Below, one piece after another: positions 1-8,210 of a stretch of 18,348 bases of DNA. The stretch lies in assembly GCA_049517415.1 (NCBI GenBank), contig JBEKSC010000035.1:1-18348 (forward strand). The letters run 5' to 3'. Position 1 is the first letter of the stretch; each line of letters begins with the position of its first letter. Under the pieces are notes generated by a model. It saw only the letters and a program-made list of their open reading frames with translations. It was not told the origin of the DNA and did not search any database. The position numbers were made by a program, and so were the translations under genes. Source of the DNA: Candidatus Bathyarchaeia archaeon. Its GTDB lineage: Archaea; Thermoproteota; Bathyarchaeia; 40CM-2-53-6.

Positions 1-1
1 C

Positions 2-1315
2 GAGAAGGTGGCGGCCGCTACCGGGCAGGGTTCGCGCCAGAAAAAAGAGATGCTAATTGGCACTCTGTTGAGCCGGCTTCCTAACGCCGACGCCGAGTAT
101 TTGATGAGAGTCATCTTCGGGGAGATGCGCATAGGCGCCGTTGAGGGCGTTGTCTCGGACGCTATAGCGCAAGCCGCATCCATTAACCCTGACCAAGTTC
201 GAAGGGCGAACATGCTCATGGGCAACATAGCCCAGGTTGCAGAATTGGCGCTCACAAAAGGCCCTGAAGCAATCAACAAAGTTGCCGTAACGCTGTTCGT
301 TCCCATCAAACCCATGCTAGCTGAAATGGCGGAGGGTATCGACGAAGTCTTCAAGGAACACGGGCGCGTTAGCGCCTTTGAATTCAAATACGACGGCGCC
401 CGCGTACAAATCCACCGCAAAGCAGACGTAATTCGAGTTTTCAGCAGAAGGCTAACCGACGTTACAGGGAGCCTGCCTGACATAGTCGAGCTGGCAAGGG
501 AACGAGTTCGCAGCCAGGAGTTCCTTATTGAAGGTGAGGTGGTTGCAATCGGCCAGAACCAGAAGCCCCTCCCCTTTCAGGATTTGATGCGGCGATTCAG
601 GCGAGTACACGAAGTTGATGTGATGCTGAAGGAAATCCCGTTGAAACTATTCCTATTCGACGTCATCTATCTTGACGGAAGCCTCATGATTGATACCCCT
701 TACGAGAAGAGGTGGGACGTACTCCGAGGCATAGTCGATGAGGAACTGCTCGCAACAAGGATTGTTACCGGAGACTTGGGCGAGGCCGAGGCGCTTATGC
801 GCGCCTCAATCGAGGCTGGCCACGAGGGGCTGATGGCGAAGGATCTCAAAAGCACTTACACGCCTGGAGTCAGGGGTAAGAAGTGGTTCAAGATCAAACC
901 TGCGGAAACACTGGACGTTGTCATCGTGGCTGCGGATTGGGGATCGGGGCGGAGGCGGGGCTGGTTGAGTAATTATCATCTCGCCGTTCGGGACGAGGAG
1001 TCGGGAGAGTTTCTAGTGGTCGGCAAGACCTTCAAAGGCCTCACTGACCAAGAATTCGTTGACATTACGAAGAGATTGCAAGCGTTGAAAACTCGGGAAA
1101 CAGATTACACGGTGCATGTCAAGCCGTCGATTGTTGTCGAAGTGGCCTTCAACGAGATTCAACGAAGCCCACACTACGAGTCCGGGTTCGCACTTCGCTT
1201 TGCCAGAATCACGCGGTTCAGGGATGATAAACAGGTTGGGGATGCGGATTCGCTTCAAAGGATCTCAAAGCTCTACCAAGACCAGTTCAGGTTCAAAGCT
1301 CCCGCCGACTTCTAA
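2..1315 (+). CDS. lig: ATP-dependent DNA ligase, archaeal type (5'-truncated by window edge)
   Basis: Motif I EFKYDGARVQIH (KxDG), motif III IEGEVV, IIIa LFLFDVIY, IV HEGLMAK, V WFKIK, VI LRFARITRFRDDK and OB-fold. Frame is open back to the window start. Confidence 0.96.
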   Translation, partial: EKVAAATGQGSRQKKEMLIGTLLSRLPNADAEYLMRVIFGEMRIGAVEGVVSDAIAQAASINPDQVRRANMLMGNIAQVAELALTKGPEAINKVAVTLFVPIKPMLAEMAEGIDEVFKEHGRVSAFEFKYDGARVQIHRKADVIRVFSRRLTDVTGSLPDIVELARERVRSQEFLIEGEVVAIGQNQKPLPFQDLMRRFRRVHEVDVMLKEIPLKLFLFDVIYLDGSLMIDTPYEKRWDVLRGIVDEELLATRIVTGDLGEAEALMRASIEAGHEGLMAKDLKSTYTPGVRGKKWFKIKPAETLDVVIVAADWGSGRRRGWLSNYHLAVRDEESGEFLVVGKTFKGLTDQEFVDITKRLQALKTRETDYTVHVKPSIVVEVAFNEIQRSPHYESGFALRFARITRFRDDKQVGDADSLQRISKLYQDQFRFKAPADF

Positions 1316-1467
1316 GTGTCCCACATCTTACCTTTGGGCGTGGTACAACTAGGATGTGTTACCAACAACAACAAAACCAAGACAGTTTGTAGGCGCTTAG
1401 ACCTACAATCAATATGTTTTCAATTGCTTGAAACAATTGGGGTGGGCTATTCAATCATGAACATTAG

Positions 1468-2163
1468 GTGTGGAAGAGATTGAAGGTTGCAGCGTTATTC
1501 AGCGGCGGCAAAGACAGTGCATTCGCGCTCTGGTGCGTTCAAATGCAAGGCTGGGATGTGGAAAGCCTCGTTACCGTCTTCCCCGAATCCCAAGAATCTT
1601 GGATGTTTCACTTTCCAGGCCTAAAATGGACTAAACTTCAAGCCGAAGCAATCGGCCTACCCCAATCAATCATCACGACCAAAGGAGAAAAGGAACAGGA
1701 ACTGAGCGACCTAACTGTTGGCCTTGAGAAACTCAAGAAATCTCTCGGCATTGACACTGTGGTTTCAGGCGCTGTGGCGAGCGAGTATCAACGAACTCGA
1801 ATCGACAACGTGTGCGAGAGTCTCTGCCTGAAGAGTATCGCACCACTATGGCATAAGAACCAAGAGCAACTTGTCCGAGAACAAATAGAATCCGGGTTTC
1901 AGATCATAATAACCGCGTGCAACGCGCTCGGGCTCGACGAAAAATGGTTGGGAAAGAAACTTGAAGCCTCAGACTTACCCAAGTTGGTCGCGCTCAGGAA
2001 AAAATACGGCCTGAACGTTGCGTTCGAGGGCGGAGAGGCAGAAACCTTCGTCCTAGCCGCGCCCATGTTTAAAACGCCTCTAACCGTCGTTCGGTCCACG
2101 CCACGTTGGGCCGGTGATTCGGGTTACTTGGAGTTAGATGAAGTTCAGCTAAGTTCGCGGTAG
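1468..2163 (+). CDS. Diphthine--ammonia ligase (Dph6)/MJ0570-type PP-loop ATP pyrophosphatase
   Basis: PP-loop LFSGGKDS, then SWMFH, GAVASEYQRTR, PLW and FEGGEAETFV family motifs. The true start may be TTG at 1480. Confidence 0.9.
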   Translation: MWKRLKVAALFSGGKDSAFALWCVQMQGWDVESLVTVFPESQESWMFHFPGLKWTKLQAEAIGLPQSIITTKGEKEQELSDLTVGLEKLKKSLGIDTVVSGAVASEYQRTRIDNVCESLCLKSIAPLWHKNQEQLVREQIESGFQIIITACNALGLDEKWLGKKLEASDLPKLVALRKKYGLNVAFEGGEAETFVLAAPMFKTPLTVVRSTPRWAGDSGYLELDEVQLSSR

Positions 2164-2166
2164 ATT

Positions 2167-3477
2167 TCAACCATGAGCGAGCTGCGTTGCAAGCTCACGA
2201 GTCTTAGCAACGATTTCCCCCACATCAACTGTTTTTATCTGTCTATTCTCCATGAGGACCTGGCCATCCACAATCGTCGTGTGAACGTTTGCGCCTGAGG
2301 CTGAGTACACTAGGTCCGAGACAACCGTTTCCTGCCCGTAGACTGGGTTCATGTTAGGCGCCTTTGCATCGACTAGAATGATGTCTGCTCTCTTTCCGGT
2401 TTCTAGGCTGCCGATTTCGCGTTCCACTCCCAAGGCCTTCGCCCCTTGAATCGTGGCCAAGTCAAGCACGGTTTGTGCGTTCAGAACCGTGGGGTCCCAC
2501 CTGTGCGCTTTATGCAGAAGGGCGCAAACCTTCATCGTTTCAAACATGTCCAGCGTATTGTTGCTCGCTGCTCCATCAGTCCCCAATCCGACGGGGACGC
2601 CGGCATCAAACATCTCTGGCAACGGGGCGACTCCACCGCTTGCGAGTTTCATATTTGAGACAGGGCAGTGCGCAACCCCGACGCCCGCCTTTGCGAGTAA
2701 GGCCACTTCGCTTTTTGTTAGCCAAGCGCAGTGAGCCGCGAGCATCTTCTTAGACAACGCACCAATCTTGTCTAGGTATTCAACGACGCGCATCCCGTGT
2801 TGTTGCTGTGAGTCTGCTTGCTCCTTCCGGGTTTCAGCTACGTGGATGTGGTCGATTACGTTGTTCTTCTCCGCAAATTCCTTCGCCCACAGCAAGGTCT
2901 CAGCGGAGCACGTGTAAGGCGAGTGTGGGCCCAGGGCGAAACGTATTCGCGGGTTTCCGAGGCCCTTGATGTAATCGAAGAACTTCCTAGTCTTCTCCTG
3001 CTCCATTCGCGCTTTCGCAGGATCCATTAGGTCAATGATTCCGTAGGACAGGTAGCCGCGTAGGCCCGATTTAGCCACGGCTCTGGCGACATCCTCCATG
3101 TAGAAGTACATGTCCACGAAACTTGTTGTCCCGGAAAGGATCATCTCCGCCGAGCCCAATAGGGCACCGTAGTAGCAGGCTTCGCCAGTCAGCTTAGCTT
3201 CGAGGGGCCAAATCTTCTCCTGCAACCAATCCTGGAGGAGCATGTCATCCGCGTACCCTCGAAACATCGTCATCGAAAGATGCGTATGCGCGTTAATGAG
3301 GCCAGGAAGGGCAATTCCCCCACGCCCATCTACTTCAGAATCAGCTGGGCTATCGAGATTCTTTCCGATCTGCTTGATCTCTCCATCCTGAATGAAAATG
3401 GATGCGTTCCGCAAGACGCCGCGTTTCTTATCCTGCGTGACAATCCAGTCGCAGTTCTTGATCAGCAGCGAGGGCAT
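2167..3477 (-). CDS. mtaD: 5'-methylthioadenosine/S-adenosylhomocysteine (5'-deoxyadenosine) deaminase, amidohydrolase superfamily
   Basis: Metal motif PGLINAHTH, FRGYADD...WL...IWPLEAKL, PHSPYTCS, HIHVAET, HCPVSNMKLASG, GTDGAASNNTLDMF. Confidence 0.9.
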   Translation of the reverse strand: MPSLLIKNCDWIVTQDKKRGVLRNASIFIQDGEIKQIGKNLDSPADSEVDGRGGIALPGLINAHTHLSMTMFRGYADDMLLQDWLQEKIWPLEAKLTGEACYYGALLGSAEMILSGTTSFVDMYFYMEDVARAVAKSGLRGYLSYGIIDLMDPAKARMEQEKTRKFFDYIKGLGNPRIRFALGPHSPYTCSAETLLWAKEFAEKNNVIDHIHVAETRKEQADSQQQHGMRVVEYLDKIGALSKKMLAAHCAWLTKSEVALLAKAGVGVAHCPVSNMKLASGGVAPLPEMFDAGVPVGLGTDGAASNNTLDMFETMKVCALLHKAHRWDPTVLNAQTVLDLATIQGAKALGVEREIGSLETGKRADIILVDAKAPNMNPVYGQETVVSDLVYSASGANVHTTIVDGQVLMENRQIKTVDVGEIVAKTRELATQLAHG

Positions 3478-3508
3478 AGGCAGTACGGATGTAGGATTGA
3501 GTCGGTCG

Positions 3509-3516
3509 AGTTAAAA
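3509..3516 (-). promoter_or_regulatory. Putative TATA box of mtaD
   Basis: TTTTAACT on the minus strand about 31 nt upstream of the ATG, typical spacing for a short-leader archaeal transcript. Confidence 0.4.
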
Positions 3517-3590
3517 GCCACGCGTTAACCGGCTCCGTTCGGCTGATGGCTGTTCTTTCAAGCTGTTCAGCATGGGCGCATGTCTATTCA

Positions 3591-3628
3591 GAGCAGGAGC
3601 CCCACACCTACAGGTATGGGGATGCTCA
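3591..3628 (+). repeat. GC-rich hairpin resembling an IS200/IS605 subterminal end palindrome
   Basis: GGAG-CCCCACACCT-AC-AGGTATGGGG-ATGCTCA, with outer pairing GAGCA/TGCTC. Resembles the GAAGCCCC...GGGG...TCAC layout of IS605 right ends. Confidence 0.35.
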
Positions 3629-3782
3629 TTGAGAGTCGGCCCTTGAATTCGAAACGGTCGCACATCCCGAAAAATCTAAGGAGATGTCAACACGCCTCTC
3701 ATTCTCGAGTTCCTTGAAGATCATGCGGTTATCCCGTAAATTCGCCTTTCCAGCCAAAGGAGTTTCCGATGGGCGAACGAGA

Positions 3783-4013
3783 CTATTCTATGACAATTGT
3801 TGATACGGTGGAACGAACGCCGGGAAGTCGCCTTATCTTCCATGTGATGATCTCTTTCAGCCCATCCATTGAATCAGCTTCGACTTTTGCAATCATGTCA
3901 TAGATACCGTAAAGTCGGTGGCACTCCTTCACATTCGGAACCTTCCGAACTTCCTTGAGCATCGCCTCTTCCGAACCAAGCTCAACGTTGATCAGAACAT
4001 AGGAAACAGGCAT
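3783..4013 (-). CDS. Stand-alone Lrp/AsnC ligand-binding (RAM) domain protein
   Basis: 76 aa, YVLINVELG...VKECHRLYGIYDMIAKVEA...KIRRLPGVRSTVSTIV, the typical archaeal RAM-only pattern with no HTH. Confidence 0.9.
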   Translation of the reverse strand: MPVSYVLINVELGSEEAMLKEVRKVPNVKECHRLYGIYDMIAKVEADSMDGLKEIITWKIRRLPGVRSTVSTIVIE

Positions 4014-4087
4014 AACAGAACCTCATCAAACATCCACCAAATACGGGTAAAAGTCTTCCCTATGAGTGAACGGGTGACAATGAGGGC

Positions 4088-4173
4088 GGTGCCCCTACTG
4101 TCGCAAAACCACTAGCATGTGAATCCTCGTCGGGCACCCAGGGTCGCGCTTTCCCATGTAGTGGTTGCGAGTA
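4088..4173. ncRNA. Candidate structured RNA/DNA: long bulged hairpin with possible pseudoknot
   Basis: About 22 bp stem, 4096-4123 pairing with 4151-4173. Loop GGGCACC (4132-4138) is complementary to flanking GGTGCCC (4088-4094). Confidence 0.4.
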
Positions 4174-4185
4174 CTCCCATGGAAG

Positions 4186-4223
4186 TGGTGGGGCCGGTGG
4201 GATTTGAACCCACGATCCGCGGG
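4186..4223 (-). tRNA. Orphan tRNA 3' half (positions 39-76, CCA encoded); tRNA fragment, att-like remnant or split-tRNA half
   Basis: Minus strand CCCGC-GGATC-GTGGG-TTCAAAT-CCCAC-CGGCCCC-A-CCA: perfect T-arm, acceptor 3' strand and CCA. No matching GGGGCCG 5' acceptor strand upstream. Confidence 0.75.
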
Positions 4224-4377
4224 ACAAATAACCACTTTCGGGAGCAGTGCCCACCGATCGAGAGCTACAAGTGAATATCTTCTCAGAGGAGCTTAACTAT
4301 GAAGCGAGCTTATCCTTTTTTGTTGGGCGTAATAGTTTATTTGCGTAGGTTGTGCGCAGATTCCGCTGGCGCAAAGT

Positions 4378-4824
4378 ATGAACAAGAACTCGGTCAGTGG
4401 AAAAGCAGTTACTAAAATAAGCAAACGAGAAGGAAAGTCCAAAGTGCACTTCATTAATCCGGCAACCCTGCCGAAATCGCCCGGTTTAACTCACGTTGTT
4501 GAAGTGACGGAAGGACGGACGGTCTATACTTCCGGTCAAGTTGCGCTTGACCGTTCAGGCAACATCGTTGGGCGTGGAGATTTCCGCGCTCAAACGCACC
4601 AGGTTTTTGAAAACATTAAGGCGGCACTGGAAGCGGTCGGTGCAACTTTCAAAGATGTCGTGAAACTGAACGTCTACGTTGTTGACATCTCGCAACTACA
4701 AGTCTTCCGTGAGGTGCGCGATAAGTTCGTGAACACAGAAGATCCTCCAGCAAGCACAGTGGTCGAAGTGCGGCGGCTTGCGAGAGACGAATTTCTGATA
4801 GAAATTGAGGCGACCGCTGTCTAA
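4378..4824 (+). CDS. RidA/YjgF/UK114 family protein
   Basis: VYTSGQVALD, QTHQVFENIKAALEAVGATFKDVVKLNVYV, PPASTVVEV, LIEIEATAV. Ser stands where RidA has its catalytic Arg (PAR), so this is probably a non-RidA subfamily. Confidence 0.9.
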   Translation: MNKNSVSGKAVTKISKREGKSKVHFINPATLPKSPGLTHVVEVTEGRTVYTSGQVALDRSGNIVGRGDFRAQTHQVFENIKAALEAVGATFKDVVKLNVYVVDISQLQVFREVRDKFVNTEDPPASTVVEVRRLARDEFLIEIEATAV

Positions 4825-4954
4825 GTATCTTGCTTATCTCATTGACATCAGGCTTCGTGCTTACGAGTTCCATAAGGGCCATTTGCACGGTCTTTTGATT
4901 CATGCCTATGGCTGCGGCGACCACCAATTAGCGAACAGAGCCCGTTAAACGAAG

Positions 4955-5860
4955 TTAAAAAGCCACGCGTTGAACGACCGAAGCTATCGCAAAGCCACAC
5001 GCCATTAGGGTGATTGTTGAGAGAATGAAAAGGACGTTAGACGCCAGCGCTGGGACTAGGTCGAGTGTCCGGTTGTAGTTTTTCAAAGTAAGTCGGCCGG
5101 CTTTGTACGCTATGGGTAAGCTCAAGAGCGAAACAAGCACTGGAAAGGGCGCGGCGCCGACAGCAACAGCAAGTATGATTGAAGCGTAAGTCGCTGCTTG
5201 GCCTGCTACGTATAGCCAAGCGGAGCCTCTTTTTCCCAACAGTATTACAATATGGCGCCTACCCCCAGCCCTATCGACTTCCGCGTCCGGGAACTCGTTG
5301 AGGAAGAGGAGCAACGCGACGAGAATTGTGATTGGGATGAGTATGGCGATGCCTGCGGCGTCAATTATACCGGTCTGCGTAATGTACACTCCTAACCCCA
5401 TGAGCCCGAAACCGGAACCAGCGACAATCTCGCTAAGGGCGGGGATGCGCGAAAGAATTGGAGTATAGAAAACGATTATGAGCGCTCCGTAGACGATTAG
5501 TGGAAGAAGCACGCTGAATAAACGTATCAAGAAGTAAATTCCAATTAGCGCCGCACAGATTATGGTGAACAGGCAGACCGTGAGTGCTTCTGACGGTTTC
5601 ATCATGCCTTTCACGAGTATGTCGACTCCCCCGCTGAAGGGTGTCTTGGGGGTTTTTGCGTCGATTTTGGAGCGGTAGTCGAAGTAATTGTTGAAGGCGT
5701 TCACTGACGCGTGGGTCAGCAAAGCTCCTACCATGACGAGGGCGGCGTCGATCGGAAGGATGGTTCGGTGCGAATAGAAGGCGGCTGCTAGGCCAGCGAG
5801 TACGATGACGATGGTTAATGGGAGGAAGTTTGCTCGAGTTATTGAAACTAGGTTGCCCAA
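4955..5860 (-). CDS. UbiA-family prenyltransferase, MenA/UBIAD1-like
   Basis: [14 protein letters not shown] and [15 protein letters not shown]sp-rich motifs, TPFSGG, multiple TM helices. Confidence 0.88.
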   Translation of the reverse strand: MGNLVSITRANFLPLTIVIVLAGLAAAFYSHRTILPIDAALVMVGALLTHASVNAFNNYFDYRSKIDAKTPKTPFSGGVDILVKGMMKPSEALTVCLFTIICAALIGIYFLIRLFSVLLPLIVYGALIIVFYTPILSRIPALSEIVAGSGFGLMGLGVYITQTGIIDAAGIAILIPITILVALLLFLNEFPDAEVDRAGGRRHIVILLGKRGSAWLYVAGQAATYASIILAVAVGAAPFPVLVSLLSLPIAYKAGRLTLKNYNRTLDLVPALASNVLFILSTITLMACGFAIASVVQRVAF

Positions 5861-5949
5861 AGCTATCCTCCAGCTTGCAACACTCGGAGGCTATCTCAAC
5901 TGTTTTAACTTACGCGGCCACGTTCCACGGGCGGAAGGTACGTTGCCCC

Positions 5950-7191
5950 ATGAGCAAAGTCAAGGATCCATCGTTGGCCCCTCAGGGCCAATTGAAGATT
6001 GAATGGGCACGTGCGCACATGCCCGTCCTCGAGCGGATCCGCACGCGGTTTGAGAAGGAAAAGCCGTTTCGCGGGTTGTCGATGGCGATGTGTATGCACC
6101 TAGAAATGAAAACCGCTGTGCTCGGCCAGACTATGGCGGCTGGTGGAGCGTCGGTCGCAATCACGGGGAGCAACCCACTATCAACACAAGACGACGTTGC
6201 CGCCGCTCTAGCGAACTCGGGGGTTAGCGTGTATGCATGGCATGGGGTAACGGCCGACGATCACCACGAAAACTTGCTTAGAGTTCTCAGCAACAAGCCG
6301 GACCTGATAATTGATGATGGGGCCGAGCTTTCCGTGGCAGTTCACACTGAGAAGAAGGAGCTGTTCGGGCACGTGATTGGAGCGTGCGAGGAGACCACTA
6401 CGGGCGTTCACAGGTATAACGCGTTGGAGAAACAGGGGTTACTCAGATATCCCGTGATTGCGGTGAACGACGCTTACACGAAGTACCTGTTCGACAGCCA
6501 ATACGGAACTGGCCAATCTGCTCTGGAAGGGGTCATGCGGGCGACTAACATGCTCATCGCCGGAAAAACGCTGGTCGTTGGTGGTTACGGTTGGGTGGGG
6601 CGCGGAATCGCTTTGCGGGCGAAAGGGTTCGGTGCGAAGGTGGTTGTCACTGAGGTTGACCCTGTTAGGGCTTTGGAGGCGGCGATGGAAGGCTACCAAG
6701 TAATGCCAATGGATGAGGCCGCGAGAATCGGGGACATATTCATCACAGCTACCGGCGTCAAATCAATCATAACCAAACAACACTTTGACAAAATGAAGGA
6801 TGGCGCAATCATGGCGAACTCAGGGCACTATGATGTCGAAATCGCAGTGAAAGAACTCCGCGATACCGCAACCTCAGTACGTGCAGCGAGGCAGCACGTG
6901 GAAGAATTCAAAATGAAGGACGGCAAGCGGCTCTACCTATTAGCCGAGGGACGCTTAGTGAACTTGGCTGCGGCCGACGGTCACCCGGCCGAAGTCATGG
7001 ACATGAGCTTCGCAGACCAAGCACTAGCCGCAGAACATCTAGTCAAGAACAAGGGCAAGCTGGAACCAAAAGTTTACAGAATGCCACTCGAAATCGACAA
7101 AGAAGTCGCCAGAATATGGCTTGAAAGCCACGGGCTAAAGATTGACAACCTCACCGGAGAACAAACCAAGTACCTCGCGTCATGGGAGTAA
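5950..7191 (+). CDS. ahcY: Adenosylhomocysteinase (SAH hydrolase; possibly S-inosylhomocysteine hydrolase)
   Basis: [62 protein letters not shown]...[11 protein letters not shown]. Start placed at ATG 5950 (MSKVKD) because the ORF-track start overlaps the divergent ubiA gene. Confidence 0.96.
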   Translation: MSKVKDPSLAPQGQLKIEWARAHMPVLERIRTRFEKEKPFRGLSMAMCMHLEMKTAVLGQTMAAGGASVAITGSNPLSTQDDVAAALANSGVSVYAWHGVTADDHHENLLRVLSNKPDLIIDDGAELSVAVHTEKKELFGHVIGACEETTTGVHRYNALEKQGLLRYPVIAVNDAYTKYLFDSQYGTGQSALEGVMRATNMLIAGKTLVVGGYGWVGRGIALRAKGFGAKVVVTEVDPVRALEAAMEGYQVMPMDEAARIGDIFITATGVKSIITKQHFDKMKDGAIMANSGHYDVEIAVKELRDTATSVRAARQHVEEFKMKDGKRLYLLAEGRLVNLAAADGHPAEVMDMSFADQALAAEHLVKNKGKLEPKVYRMPLEIDKEVARIWLESHGLKIDNLTGEQTKYLASWE

Positions 7192-7193
7192 AC

Positions 7194-7472
7194 TCAACCG
7201 AGTATCTTCCTAACGACGTGCTTCGTCGGAGCATTCAGCATACGCGCTAGGGACATCAATCGGTCGCTACGTGCGACGATTGTGACTACGGGCGCGCTAA
7301 ACACATAGTACAACTTCAGAACATTCAACGCAAAACCAGACTTTACCTTGCTAATCCCGCGGAAGTCTCTCTGAGCCCATAATTCGGTCCTCAAGCGCAT
7401 CTGCGCGTAACCTTCCGCTCGTGAATTCATCTCCCGCAACCAACTAACATCTGCCTGCCGATCTTCATTCAA
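7194..7472 (-). pseudogene. Small ORF resembling a degenerate CFI-box-CTERM domain
   Basis: QRDFRG...G....LKLYYVFSAPVVTIVARSDRLMSLARMLNAP loosely follows the LRxFRD...G..F...YY..SP.ia..i....LR..vR..L.P pattern. The N-terminal CFIAT motif is absent. Confidence 0.35.
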
Positions 7473-7502
7473 AGGTGAACCCTCCGCGTTCTCTTCGTAG
7501 CT

Positions 7503-8177
7503 TCATGCAAGTTTTGCTTGCTTCGCGGAACTCTGGCCATATCCTGCGTCTAGCAATTCCTGAATCTTCGCTGCTCGGGCGTACCCAATTCCGCCCTTGA
7601 GTGCCAATTCTGCACGGGATGCGCGGAAGACGTTGCGAACTGAGCCGAATGATTCGAGCAGCTTCTCCCCCATCTTCGGGCCGATTGTTGGTAAACTCCC
7701 GAGGAGGGATAATTGCCAGTCTCTAGTTGTCGCCATCCTGGGTTTCTGGACAATTAGTGGCAAGGCTCCAGCCTTTCCACGGAATCTTCTCACGAGCACC
7801 TCCAAAAGGTCGGCGGTTTGCTCTTGGTCCAATGTGAAGAGGATTTTGAAATCAAAATTCATCGCCAGGGCGAGCAATGTGCCCCAGTAGACTTTGGGGT
7901 TTTGAAGATCCGCCAACACCTCCTGAATGTCCCCCTCCACGACAAGCAGGTAGTCTTTGTAGGAGCGGGAGATGCGTTGGGCCTGCTCGAACAGTCTGCC
8001 TTTGTATAGGGAGGCTATGAAGTCCTGAACCGTCTTCCTCTCAACCGCATACGAGGAAACGATGTAATCCCCTACGTCGAGAGGCTTCATCTGAACGTAC
8101 AGGCCTCTCTTCCGCAAGATCTCCGGGATTCCCGACGCGGCTTCCCGGCTGTCGACTACGATCCTAGCGAATGGCAT
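7503..8177 (-). CDS. xpf: Short XPF/ERCC4 structure-specific endonuclease (nuclease plus HhH2, no helicase)
   Basis: IVVDSRE, GDYIV...VERKT..DF..S...GRLFEQ nuclease motif, two HhH motifs (LPTIGPK, GGIGYARA). Confidence 0.9.
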   Translation of the reverse strand: MPFARIVVDSREAASGIPEILRKRGLYVQMKPLDVGDYIVSSYAVERKTVQDFIASLYKGRLFEQAQRISRSYKDYLLVVEGDIQEVLADLQNPKVYWGTLLALAMNFDFKILFTLDQEQTADLLEVLVRRFRGKAGALPLIVQKPRMATTRDWQLSLLGSLPTIGPKMGEKLLESFGSVRNVFRASRAELALKGGIGYARAAKIQELLDAGYGQSSAKQAKLA

Positions 8178-8210
8178 CTTTGACCCAACCTGTGGAGAAT
8201 GGGTTGGGGC

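Larger units (their letters stand above)
3531..4942. mobile_element. Non-autonomous TIR-bounded cassette with passenger genes (IS1595/IS6-like ends), no transposase
   Basis: Left end GGCTCCGTTCGGCTGATGG (from 3531) versus reverse complement of the right end GGCTCTGTTCGCTAATTGG (to 4942). Flanked by 8-bp near-direct repeats CGTTAACC (3523-3530) and CGTTAAAC (4943-4950). Confidence 0.6.

Noticed and set aside
1385..1440. CRISPR-repeat-like GTTTTCAATTGCTTGAAAC and hairpin TTGTAGG/CCTACAA
   Set aside because: Single copy, no spacers or cas genes; likely promoter or terminator sequence.
3659..3668. Third copy of CGCACATC(CC)
   Set aside because: No adjoining TIR; an extra 8-10-mer match is plausible by chance.
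4130..4170. SAM-I riboswitch P3-like GCAACC...GGTGC on the minus strand
   Set aside because: No P1 AUC/GAU, no P2 kink-turn or pseudoknot partner; probably coincidental.
4088..4173. HDV-like ribozyme (P1 GGTGCCC/GGGCACC, L3-like TCCTCG, long P2) on the plus strand
   Set aside because: Strand order fits, but P3 is out of register, no GG follows P1 directly, and the J4/2 C-N-A-A catalytic strand is missing.
4096..4173. Integron attC site
   Set aside because: The one-sided bulges are suggestive, but the RYYYAAC/GTTRRRY boxes and unpaired central spacer do not fit, and there is no integrase or cassette array.
4087..4223. Permuted tRNA or two-piece tmRNA (GGGGCACCG downstream of the CCA end)
   Set aside because: Only 5 contiguous acceptor pairs, no D-arm follows, and no G3-U70 pair.
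4649..4927. 92-aa minus-strand ORF overlapping RidA
   Set aside because: Mostly antisense to RidA and begins within the TIR; at best a captured gene fragment.
5818..5949. N-terminal extension of AhcY in the ORF track
   Set aside because: Overlaps the divergent ubiA start and promoter; homology begins at MSKVKD (5950).
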